Origin: Heterodontus francisci
Taxonomy: Eukaryota
Length of the DNA stretch: 64,000 nucleotides
Assembly (NCBI RefSeq): GCF_036365525.1
Contig: NC_090393.1
Coordinates: forward strand, 26,940,190 to 27,004,189
Direction: 5' to 3'
This document shows, piece by piece, positions 36,901 to 48,109 of this stretch (positions are counted from its first letter, which is position 1; every line of letters begins with the position of its first letter). Below the pieces are notes generated by a model. The model was not told the DNA's origin, ran no database searches, and saw nothing but the letters and a program-made list of their open reading frames with translations. The position numbers were made by a program, and so were the translations under genes.

Positions 36901-38693
36901 GCTTGGAGTGATGCAGCTTCTTTGGTTTGAGTCTAACTTTGCTGCACACCAGGGAGTGGTCGGTGTCGCAGACCACACTCTGGAAGCTACGTGTGATTTG
37001 GACACTGTTTATAGAGGTTCGCCTTGTGACGATGAGCTCCAGCTGGTGCCAACGACGTGATCTTGGGTGCCTCCATGAAACCTGGTGAAAGGATTTAGTA
37101 TGAAAGAACGAGTTGGTGATGCAGAGGTTGTGATAGGTACACAATTCCAGCAGTCTCTGTCCATTCTCGTTCATCCTTCCAATTTTATAGCGCCCAAGGC
37201 AGGAGGGCCATGAGTCATGGTCGGCCCCAACCCTGGCATTAAAGTCCCCCAGCAGGAACAAATGTCCAGTATTAGGAATGCTACTAATGATATTATGGAG
37301 TTCCTCGTAGAACTGGTCTTTAACTCCAGGTGGGGAGCAGAGTGTTGGAGCATAGATGCTGAGTAGGTGTACTGGACCAGAGGCAGTGAGCAGTCGAATG
37401 GACAGTTCCGAGCCATTTGAAGGTGGATCTATCATGCTGAGCAAAGAGTTTCTGATGGCGAAGCACACTCCATGCTGTCTTGGTTCTTCAGGACTCCTAC
37501 CCTGCCAGTAGAAGGTGTAGTTTTGCTCTCTGAGAGATCCGCTCGCACGGAGGCGTGTCTCCTGAAGTGCTGCAATGTCCACATTGAGTCTACTGAGCTC
37601 GTTGTTAATGATGGCAGTCTTCCGAGAGTCGTTGATTTGTGTAAGGTCTTCTGACAGGCCAGGATACATAGTTCTGATGTTCCAGCTTGCAAAACGAAGG
37701 GCTGGTACCTTCTTTTCTTTTTTTGTCGTGCTGTGGTGTCGTGTTCCAGTCCACTTCTCGGGTAATGACTCTGAGCTCCAAGCAGCTATTGAAGCAAGTG
37801 GACTGTGGCGGGACAGAACCTTACTGACCAGGGGCTGCCCGGTTTGAGGCGGGCAGTAGCTGTCCAGTGAGATGCGATGACCGCTCCCACCGACAAAGGC
37901 AACCCGTGGCGCCCAATCTCTAAGCCAATTGAGCTGGACTTATAACCCACAACTGCTGCCTTCCGTGTTGTTTTGTTCGCTGTGAGGCGACTATGGAGTG
38001 ACCTCTCCATGGCGCATGGCTGGCCGGATGTATGGAGGTTGTGAGTTGCCCAAGCGTCAAAACCCCCCTCTCGGCCTTCCTAGTGGGGTCCAAAGGAGTG
38101 CAGAGACTGATGTTTGGCACCGGTATGGCTGCAGGAATTGCCAGAAACATGCCAAAGGTGACACATGACCGCCTTCGGGGTTCCGCTCCGGATTTTCTGT
38201 TAGGGTTTACTTCCTTCGCCTTGATCTCTGCAGCAGGTGGCCTGAGTGCCCATGAGGCGGTCGTCGAGGCTCAGGGCCTCAATCCGTCCTCAGTCGCCCT
38301 TCCGCCATCACAGCTGGGAGCCGGGAAAGAAGCTCCACTGTGAGCTGGATGGCGACCACGAGCGCAGCCTGGAAGACACCGACATCGAGGAGGCCGTGCA
38401 GGCTGTGGGCTGGCCCGCTCGCCAGGATCATGACCCCCACCGATGCCTCCCCCCACCACCCCCCCCCCCCCCGTACCACCTTCCCCCCTCTCACCCCCTT
38501 CCCCCCCACCCCCCGGCATCTCCTGCTCCCCCTTCCCCCCACCCCATCGCACCCCTCCCCCTCGCACCCTCTCGTCCTTGCACCCCCTCCCCCCTTCCCT
38601 CTCCCTCCATGAAATCGCACAGTTTACTTGTTAGGGCCCCTGCTCAGGGATAGGAGCTAACAACCCCACTGCCTTGTGGGCGTCTCGAGAGAG
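33955..38693 (-). mobile_element. Full-length decayed RTE-clade LINE (AviRTE-like) with inverted 5' segment and a nested CR1
   Basis: APE (SWNIRT, DIAALQETR, LGDFNARVG, TDH) at 36617-37700; frameshifted RT at 34000-36500; 10-bp TSD acattgttat at 33945-33954 and 38694-38703. Confidence 0.93.
35165..35699 (+). mobile_element. CR1 (HER1-like) 3' fragment nested in the RTE
   Basis: QFWSPHYQKDVEALERVQKRFTRMLPG...; 7-bp TSD tgaggca at 35158-35164 and 35700-35706. Confidence 0.92.
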
Positions 38694-38785
38694 ACATTGT
38701 TATATGCAACATTAGGGTATTTTAAATACAATGTTTTCTGCCTTTTGTGACAAATGTTTGAAAGAGACTCAAAATTACTACATAG

Positions 38786-39013
38786 TGTCAAAACTCAGAC
38801 AGCCAGGTGGTGAAGGATAAAATACTGGATCCTAGTCATTATTCACATTAAAGCTTTTATTTACGGAGACAAACATTGCATACCATGCACCTCCAACCAA
38901 AAATAAATCCTCTTTCAATCTGGTCCTATATACATATATATGAGCAGAGATGAGTCCCCAATTAATACCCACTATCTGTATACAATTAACACCCAACTGA
39001 TATAAAATTCACA
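38786..39013. mobile_element. Possible short solo LTR
   Basis: TG..CA ends, imperfect flanks catag/gatag, AATAAA on - strand. Confidence 0.3.
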
Positions 39014-39085
39014 GATAGCTCCCCTGATTGGTCCATGGTTTTAACCAGTATTTAGCTGAGTCATATGGCTCAGAAAGGTCAAGCG

Positions 39086-39238
39086 TAAAATAGTATGGAT
39101 GCTGGAAATCTGAAATAAAAACAGAAAATACTTGAAATCTTATGATGAAAGGTCATCAACCTGAAACATTAACTCTGTTTACTTCTTCACAGATGATGCC
39201 AGATCTGCTAAGCGTTTCCTGCATTTTCTGCTCTTATT
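39086..39238. mobile_element. Short inverted Penelope pLTR remnant with a degenerate hammerhead, inside an old SINE
   Basis: atgatgaaaggtcatcaacctgaaacattaact at ~39142-39175, flanked by inverted pLTR ends. Confidence 0.7.
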
Positions 39239-40199
39239 AGTTCAAAAAGGTCCCTGGTTCGATGCCTAGTTTATGCTGAGTTAGCTGATAACAACAGGAG
39301 GTGTAGTAGAAGTACTACAATTGGCCTCAGCAACTGGGGTTGGGGAGAGGAAGAACATAAGAACTAGGAGCAGGAGTAGGCAATTCAGCCCCTCGAGCCT
39401 GCTCCGCCATTCAATACGATCATGGCTGATCTCATCTCGGCCTCAACTCCACTTTCCTGTCCATTCTCCATAACCCTTCAACCCATTGCTAATTAAAAAT
39501 CTGTCTATCTCCTCCTTAAATTTACTCAATGTCCCGGCATCCACCGCACTCTGGGATAGTGAATTCCACAGACTCACGACCCTTTGAAAGAAGTAATTTC
39601 TCCTCATCTCTGTTTTAAATCTGCTACCCCTTATCCTAAAACTATGACCTCTCGTTCTAGATTGCCCCACCAGAGGAAACATCCTCTCTACGTCTACTTT
39701 GCCAATCCCCTTAATCATCTTGTATCCCTCAATTAGATCTCATCTCATTCTTCTAAACTCTAGAGAGTAAAGGCCTAAACTGCTCAATCTCTCTTCATAA
39801 GACAAACCCCTCATCTCTGGAATCAATCTGGTGAATCTCCTCTGAACTGCCTCCTATGCAACTACATCCCTCCTCAAGTAAGGGGAGCAAAACTGTACGC
39901 AATACTCCAGGTGCGATCTCATTAATGCCTTGTACAGTTGCAGCAAAACTTCCCTACTTTTATACTTTCCTTTAGCAATAAATGCCAAAATTCCATTTGC
40001 CTTCCTTATTACCTGCTGTAGCTGCATACAGGTTTTCTGCGATTCATGCACGAGGACACCCAGGTCCCTCTGCACCGAAGCACTCTGAAGTTTCTCTCCA
40101 TTTAGATAATAATTTGCCTTTTTATTCTTCTGACCAAAATGGATAACCTCACACTTATCCACATTAAACTCCATTTGCCAAATTTTGGCCCATTTACCT

Positions 40200-41741
40200 T
40201 CTTTTGGGCCTCCTTATCTCGAGAGACAATGGATACGCGCCTGGAGGTGGTCAGTGGTTTGTGAAGCAGCGCCTGGAGTGGCTATAAAGGCCAATTCTGG
40301 AGTAACAGGCTCTTCCACAGGTGCTGCAGAGAAATTTGTTTGTTGGGGCTGTTGCACAGTTGGCTCTCCCCTTGCGCCTCTGTCTTTTTTCCTGCCAACT
40401 ACTAAGTCTCTTCGACTCGCCACAATTTAGCCCTGTCTTTATGGCTGCCCGCCAGCTCTGGCGAATGCTGGCAACTGACTCCCACGACTTGTGATCAATG
40501 TCACACGATTTCATGTCGCGTTTGCAGACGTCTTTATAACGGAGACATGGACGGCCGGTGGGTCTGATACCAGTGGCGAGCTCGCTGTACAATGTGTCTT
40601 TGGGGATCCTGCCATCTTCCATGCGGCTCACATGGCCAAGCCATCTCAAGCGCCGCTGACTCAGTAGTGTGTATAAGCTGGGGATGTTGGCCGCTTCAAG
40701 GACTTCTGTGTTGGAGATATAGTCCTGCCACCTGATGCCAAGTATTCTCCGAAGGCAGCGAAGATGGAATGAATTGAGACGTCGCTCTTGGCTGGCATAC
40801 GTTGTCCAGGCCTCGCTGCCGTAGAGCAAGGTACTGAGGACACAGGCCTGATACACTCGGACTTTTGTGTTCCGTGTCAGTGCGCCATTTTCCCACACTC
40901 TCTTGGCCAGTCTGAACATAGCAGTGGAAGCCTTACCCATGCGCTTGTTGATTTCTGCATCTAGAGACAGGTTACTGGTGATAGTTGAGCCTAGGTAGGT
41001 GAACTCTTGAACCACTTCCAGAGCGTGGTCGCCAATATTGATGGATGGAGCATTTCTGACATCCTGCCCCATGATGTTCGTTTTCTTGAGGCTGATGGTT
41101 AGGCCAAATTCATTGCAGGCAGACGCAAACCTGTCGATGAGACTCTGCAGGCATTCTTCAGTGTGAGATGTTAAAGCAGCATCGTCAGCAAAGAGGAGTT
41201 CTCTGATGAGGACTTTCCGTACTTTGGACTTCGCTCTTAGACGGGCAAGGTTGAACAACCTGCCCCCTGATCTTGTGTGGAGGAAAATTCCTTCTTCAGA
41301 GGATTTGAACGCATGTGAAAGCAGCAGGGAGAAGAAAATCCCAAAAAGTGTGGGTGCGAGAACACAGCCCTGTTTCACACCACTCAGGATAGGAAAGGGC
41401 TCTGATGAGGAGCCACCATGTTGAATTGTGCCTTTCATATTGTCATGGAATGAGGTGATGATACTTAGTAGCTTTGGTGGACATCCGATCTTTTCTAGTA
41501 GTCTGAAGAGACCACGTCTGCTGACGAGGTCAAAGGCTTTGGTGAGATCAATGAAAGCAATGTAGAGGGGCATCTGCTGTTCACGGCATTTCTCCTGTAT
41601 CTGACGAAGGGAGAACAGCATGTCAATAGTCGATCTCTCTGCACGAAAGCCACACTGTGCCTCAGGGTAGACGCGCTCGGCCAGCTTCTGGAGCCTGTTC
41701 AGAGCGACTCGAGCAAAGACTTTCCCCACTATGCTGAGCAG
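40200..41741 (-). mobile_element. Young 5'-truncated RTE-clade LINE, near-identical to 26383-27925
   Basis: identical RT protein in the ORF track; 7-bp TSD tttacct at 40193-40199 and 41742-41748. Confidence 0.96.
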
Positions 41742-42435
41742 TTTACCTAACCTATCCATATCCATTTGTAAATTTCTTATTTCTTTATTGCAACTTACTA
41801 TCCCACCTATTTTAGTGTCATTTGCAAATTTGGCTATAGTACCTTCTATCCCTGCATCCAAGTCATTAATATGGATTGTAAATAGCTGGGGCCTGAGGAC
41901 CAAACCCTGTGGCACCCCACTAGTTACATGTTGCCAACCAGAAAAAGACCTATTTATCCCGACTCTCTGTTTTCTGTTGGTTAGCCAATCCCCTATCCAA
42001 GCTAATAATTGCCCCTCACCCCATGTGATCTTACCTTGTGTATTAGCCTTTTGTGCAGCACCTTATCAAATGTCTTCTGGATCCCCATTATCCACTTTGT
42101 TTGTTACATCTTCGAAGAACTCTAGCAAATTAGTCAAACACGATTTACCCTTCATAAAACCATGCTGACTCTGATGGATTGCATTTAGACTTTCTAAATT
42201 CCTGTTATTACTTCCTTAATAATGCATTCTAACAATTTACCAACGACAGATGTTAAACTAACCTACTTTCCGCCTCCATCCCTTTTTGAATATGTACGTT
42301 ATATTAGCTTTTTTCCAATCCACTGGAACCTTTCCTGCATCCAGGGAATTTTGGAATATTATAATCAATGGATCCACTATCTCTGCTGCCACTTCATTTC
42401 AGACCCTAGGATGTAGGCCATCAGGCCCTGGGGAC

Positions 42436-44667
42436 ATATAGAACATAGAACATAGAACATACAGCACAGAACAGGCCCTTCGGCCCACAATGTTGTGCCG
42501 ATCCTTTGTCCTCTGTCAAGGACAATTTAATCTATACCCCATCATTCTCCTTTATCCATATACCTATCCAAAAGCCTTTTGAAAGTCCCTAAAGTTTCTG
42601 ACTCAACAACTTCCCCGGGCAAGGCATTCCATGCCTCGACCACTCTCTGGGTAAAGAACCTTCCCCTGACATCCCCCTTATATCTCCCACCCTTCACCTT
42701 AAATTTATGACCCCTTGTAACGCTTTGCTCCACCCGGGGAAAAAGTTTCTGACTGTCTACCCTATCTATTCCCCTGATCATCTTATAAACCTCTATCATG
42801 TCACCCCTCATCCTTCTCCTTTCTAATGAGAAGAGGCCTAGAATGTTCAGCCTTTCCTCGTAAGACTTATTCTCCATTCCAGGCAACATCCTGGTAAATC
42901 TCCTCTGCACCCTCTCCAAGGCTTCCACATCCTTCCTAAAATGAGGCGACCAGAACTGCACACAGTACTCCAAATGAGGCCTTACCAAGGTCCTGTACAG
43001 CTGCATCATCACCTCACGGCTCTTAAATTCAATCCCTCTGCTAATGAACGCTAACACCCCATATGCCTTCTTCACAGCCCTATCCACTTGAGTTGCAACT
43101 TTCAATGATCTATGCACATAGACCCCAAGGTCTCTCTGCTCCTCCACATGCCCAAGAACCCTACCGTTAACCCAGTATTTTGCATTCATGTTTGTCCTTC
43201 CAAAATGGACGACCTCACACTTTTCAGGGTTAAACTCCATCTGCCACTTTTCAGCCCAGCACTGCAACCTATCCAAGTCCCTTTGCAGACGACAATAGCC
43301 CTCCTCGGTATCCACAACTCCACCAACCTTTGTATCATCTGCAAATTTACTGACCCACCCTTCGACTTCCTCATCCAAGTCGTTAATAAAAATCACAAAC
43401 AGGAGAGGACCCAGAACTGATCCCTGCGGCACGCCACTGGTAACTGGGCTCCAGGCTGAGTATTTACCATCTAAGACCACTCTCTGCCTTCTATCAGTTA
43501 GCCAATTCTTAATCCAACTGGCCACATTCCCCACTATCCCATGCCTCCTGACTTTCTCCATAAGTCTACCATGGGGGACCTTATCAAATGCCTTACTAAA
43601 ATCCATGTACACCACATCCACTGGTTTACCCTCATCCACTTGCTTGGTCACCTGCTCAAAGAATTCAATCAGGCTTGTGAGGCAAGACCTACCCCTCACA
43701 AAACCGTGCTGACTGTCCCGAATCAAGCAGTGTCTTTCCAGATGCTCAGAAATCCTATCCCTCAGCACCTTTTCCATCAACTTGCCTACCACCGAAGTAA
43801 GACTAACTGGCCTGTAATTCCCAGGGTTGTTCCTATTCCCTTTCTTGAACAGGGGCACAACATTTGCCACCCTCCAATCACCTGGTACCACCCCCGTCAG
43901 CAGAGAAGATGAAAAGATCATTGCCAGCGGCTCTGCAATTTCATCCCTTGCTTCCCATAACATCCTTGGATATACCCCGTCAGGCCCGGGAGACTTGTCT
44001 ATCTTCAAGTTATTCAAAAACCCCAACACATCTTCCCTCCTAACGAGCACTTCCTCGAGCTTACCAATCTGTTTCACACCGTCCTCTTCAGTAATACACC
44101 CCTTCTCATTCGTAAATACCGAAGAGAAGTACTCATTCAAAACCTCACTTATCTCTTCCGGCTCAACACACAGTCTCCCGCTATTGTCCTTGACCGGACC
44201 TATGGTCCCCCTGGTCATCCTCATATTTCTGACATACGCGTAAAAGGCCTTGGGGTTTTCTTTTATCCTACCCGCCAAGCATTTTTCATGCCCTCTCTTA
44301 GCTCTCCTAATCCCTTTCTTCAGATCCTTCCTGGCCATCTTGTATCCCTCCAGAGCTATGCCTGTGCCCTTTTTCCTCAACTTTATATACGCATCCTTCT
44401 TCTTCCTAACAAGACTCTCAACCTCTCTTGTCAACCACGGTTCCCTCACATGACCATCCCTTCCCTGTCTGACAGGGACATGCTTATCAATGGCCCCTAC
44501 TATCTGCTCCTTGAAAAAGTTCCACATTTCGACCGTGCCCTTCCCTGCCAGCATATGCTCCCAACTTATGCTCCTCAGTTCCTGCCTGACAGCATCATAT
44601 CTACCCTTCCCCCAATTGTAAACCTTGCCCTGTTGCACATACCTATCCCTCTCCATTACCACAGTGA
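42436..44667 (-). mobile_element. Young 5'-truncated CR1 (HER1-like) LINE with an intact ~700-aa ORF2 part
   Basis: uninterrupted [41 protein letters not shown]; (catagaa)n tail. Confidence 0.95.
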
Positions 44668-45107
44668 TGTCTGCCTTCAATCCTGATAGTTTGCTCAGTA
44701 CTTTTTCCCTAGTGATGATTATTGTTCTAAGTTCCTCCCTTTCTATAACCTCTGCATTACCTGTTACTATTGGGATGGTACTAGTGTCCTCCACCGTAAA
44801 AACTAAGGCAAAATACTGATTTAGTGTCTCCGCCATTTCTGTGTTCCCCTCTGCTAACTCCCCAGTCTCATTCTCCACGGGATCAACATTCACTTTAGCT
44901 ACTCTCTTCCCTTTTATATATTTATAGAAGCTTTTGTTATCCATTTTTATATTTTGCGCTAGTTTCTTTCATAATTTACCTTTGCTCTTTTTATTACTTT
45001 TTTAGTAACCCTTTGTTGATCTTTAAAGGTTTCACAATCTTCCATCCTGCCACTGGCCTTTGCAATATGATATGCCTTAGTTTTTGTCTTTATGTTATCC
45101 TTAACTT

Positions 45108-45373
45108 AGACTCATAGAGTCATAGAGTTATACAGCACAGAAACAGGCCCTACAGCCCATTGTGTCTATGCTGGCCATCCAGCACCCAACTATTCTAATC
45201 CCATATTCCTGCATTTAGCCCGTAGCCTTGTGTGCTATGGCGTTTCAAGAGCTCATCTAAATTCTTTTTAAATGTTGTGAGGGTTCCTGCCTCCACCACC
45301 TCTTCAGGCAGTGCGTTCCAGATTCCAACCACCCTCTGGGTGAAAAAACCTTTCCTCAAATCCCCTGAAACCT
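45108..45373 (-). mobile_element. CR1 3'-end fragment
   Basis: (catagagt)n tail; 4-bp TSD actt at 45104-45107 and 45374-45377. Confidence 0.8.
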
Positions 45374-45945
45374 ACTTCCTTGCTTAGCCATGGATATTTC
45401 TTCCCCCTCTTACAATCTTTCTTCCTCTCTGGAATATATTTTAGTTGGGAGGAATTGAATATCTCCTTAAACATCTGCCACTGCTCATCAACTGTCCTAC
45501 CTTTTAGTCTTCCTGCCCAGTCCACTAGGGCCAAATCTGTCCTCATGCCTATGTAATTACCTTTGTTTAACTCCAGAACGCTACTGTGGGACTCCAGTTT
45601 CTCGCCCTCAAACTGAATTTGAAATTCTAGCATGCTATGATCACTCTTCCCAAGAGGATCCTTTTCTATGAGATCATTAATTAATCCCACCTCATTACAC
45701 AATACCAAATCTAGAATTGCCTGCTCCCTGGTTGGTTCCACAACATATTGCTCCAAAAAACAATCTCTCATACATTCAATGAACTGTCCCTCGAGGTTAC
45801 CCTTGTCAATTTTATTAATCCAGTCTATATGCATATTAAAACCACACATGATTATTGCCATACCTTTCTTACAAGCCCCCAGTATTTCTTGGTTTATACT
45901 GTGCCCCACTAAGGAACTGCTGTTTGGGGACCTATAGATTATTCC

Positions 45946-46557
45946 TGTTGTAGGGTATTCCCAACCTGCAGTAAATATCCTACTGTTTAAATATTATTTG
46001 AGTAACCAGTAACATATAATAATAGTGAACAGTGAGGAGGTTGCAAAGCACCATGGGGCTCAGTGAACTTGACCACATTCCACAGGAGCTGAGTAATCCA
46101 ATCTCAAACAAAAGGCTAATTAAAATGAAAAGCAGACATCCTTGTGGAATGCTGACAAAGGTGCTAGCCTGTAACGAGGTGAAAACATCATGAGTAGTCT
46201 CCTATCTATGTATGGGCCGGTAACGAGGTGAAGATAAGGGGGTATGGAAAACATCATGAGTAATCCCCTATCTGTGTATGGGCCGGTCATGCAGCCCCTC
46301 TATGCCTGGTAACCGCTTCTATTGGCTCTAATAATCAATGTATATAATCGATAATCATTGTGATTGGACCATGTCCGGCCGGGATGGGCTGAGTAACTGT
46401 TTGAAAATGTATAAGTATGGATGATTTTCCTTTGTTCAGTGGAGAGACATCTGGACAGCCCAGTGACCTGCCCCCCGCTGGCGTAACTAAATAAACTGTT
46501 TGACATTGGAGCAAACCTGAGTGTCGAGTGATTCTTCTAGATTCATTCCCGCTAACA
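45946..46557 (+). mobile_element. ERV-like solo LTR (612 bp)
   Basis: TGTTG...TAACA ends; near-TSD ttcc/ctcc; two ATTGG boxes, TATAA, AATAAA at ~46490; internal ~40-bp direct repeat. Confidence 0.75.
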
Positions 46558-48109
46558 CTCCCACCAGGGACTTCTTTCCCTTGCTATTTCTTATTTCTAC
46601 CCAGACTGATTCTACGTCTTGATGTCCAGTGCCTATATCGTTTCTCACTACAGCACTGATCTCTTCCTTTACTAACAAAGCTAGACCACCTCCTTTTCCT
46701 TCCCGCCTATCCTTCCGAAATACTGAGTACTTCTGGATATTCAATTCCCAAACCTGGTTTCCCTGCAACCAGGTCTCAGTGATCACCACTAAATCATACC
46801 CATTTGTTTCTATTTGTGCTGTTAACTCATTTATTTTATTCCGAATGCTTCGTGCATTCAGATACAAAGCCTTTAAGTTTGTTCTATTATCAAATTTCCC
46901 TACTATTGTACAATTCCATGGTGCAATATGACGTTCACACGTTCTGTCCCTTCCTTTTATTTTCTGGTAACACTCAGCCTCATCACTAACCTTCACTCCT
47001 ACCTTCTCCTTTAACTTTGACTTCCTAATTTTCCATGCAACTGAACCTTCCCCCCACTATTTAGTTTAAAGCCCTATCTACAGCCCTAGTTATGCGATTT
47101 GCCAGGACTCTGGTCCCAGCATGATTCAGGTGGAGCCTGTCCCATCAGAACAGCTCCCTCCTTCCCTAGTACTGGTGCCAATGTCTCATGAATTCGAACC
47201 CATTTCTCCCACACCAATCTTTGAGCCACGCATTTACCTCTTTAATCTTATTGACCCTGTGCCAATTAGCTTGTGGCTCAGGTAGTAATCTGGAAATTAT
47301 TACATTTCTGGTTCTGCTTTTTAATTTAGCCCCTAGCTGCTCATATTCCCTCAGCAGAACCTCTATCCTCATTCTAAGATAAGGTTGCTACTCTAATCAA
47401 GATCCCTTGATAAAAAAATGTGTGTGTGGAAAATGGGGGAGGAATAATTGAGTTTGTCTGTTATGGCCTTCACAGTTCATTAGCCTAATGACAGTCACTG
47501 TCGAGACTCTAACATGTACACCCATTCTTACAAAGGTAACAATGCCTAGAGAATGGGATGCAATTGGCAACAAAAACATCTTCAGAAATCCTTGTAGTAA
47601 TTTTAAAAACTGATTCGCAAGGGAAATTCAGTAGTGCTGGAATTGCAAAATTGCATTTCATTTAGAATATTCTGTAGTTTGTATTATTTCATTTTGGATG
47701 AGCAGAAAAACTTGGGAGTGAAGATTATATGCCTGACCCAGGGGAAGTCGTGAATACAAAAAGGACAAGTTTCTTTTGCTCTCTGTGCCTTTTGGTGCAC
47801 TTATCGTTGTTATATTTTGCTGAATTCCCTTTATTTCTTTTCTCCAGGGATATAACCCTTGAGTAAAAATAACCATTACTGATACCTGCACTGCAGCACA
47901 AAAACCTACTTGCATACTTTGGTGGGATGCCAACTGACTAAGCAGAAACTAACAATAAATCAAATGAACATTGAAATCCAAGTTCTGGTGTTGATTATTT
48001 CCCAGTGTATGGTACAAACTGCAACATTTAACAAATACTGATTGTAAAAGATATAAAGGTCATTATTATTCTGTTTAGCTCTGTTTGGAAAGCTTTCATT
48101 TTAGGCCCT

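Larger units (their letters stand above)
39353..47376 (-). mobile_element. Near full-length old CR1 LINE (ORF1 SGNH esterase, APE, RT, 3' tail) hosting four nested insertions
   Basis: ORF1 IISRLLP..NAWLKDWC at 47166-47372; APE YLNARSIRNK..ITETWL at 46560-46880; LDLVLCN..KSDH; RT pieces; tail at 39353. Confidence 0.9.

Noticed and set aside
37670-37940. ~90 open codons without an in-frame ATG upstream of the RTE endonuclease (non-AUG start?)
   Set aside because: The copy is decayed and the ATG may have mutated; needs a family consensus to judge.
38238-38280. GGCCUGAG...CUCAGGGCC hairpin as an HDV-like ribozyme P1
   Set aside because: No P3/L3, P1.1 or J4/2 catalytic-C arrangement found; twister consensus also absent.
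38246-38653. Pro-rich and Gly-rich ORFs
   Set aside because: Translation artefacts of a low-complexity C-tract.
42542-44944. 800-aa ORF as a host gene
   Set aside because: Entirely CR1 ORF2 sequence; a chimera of two nested LINE copies, with no introns or promoter evidence.
47820-47940. Strong splice-acceptor-like pyrimidine tract (ttatttcttttctccag)
   Set aside because: All three following frames stop within a few codons; no partner exons found. A non-coding exon cannot be excluded.
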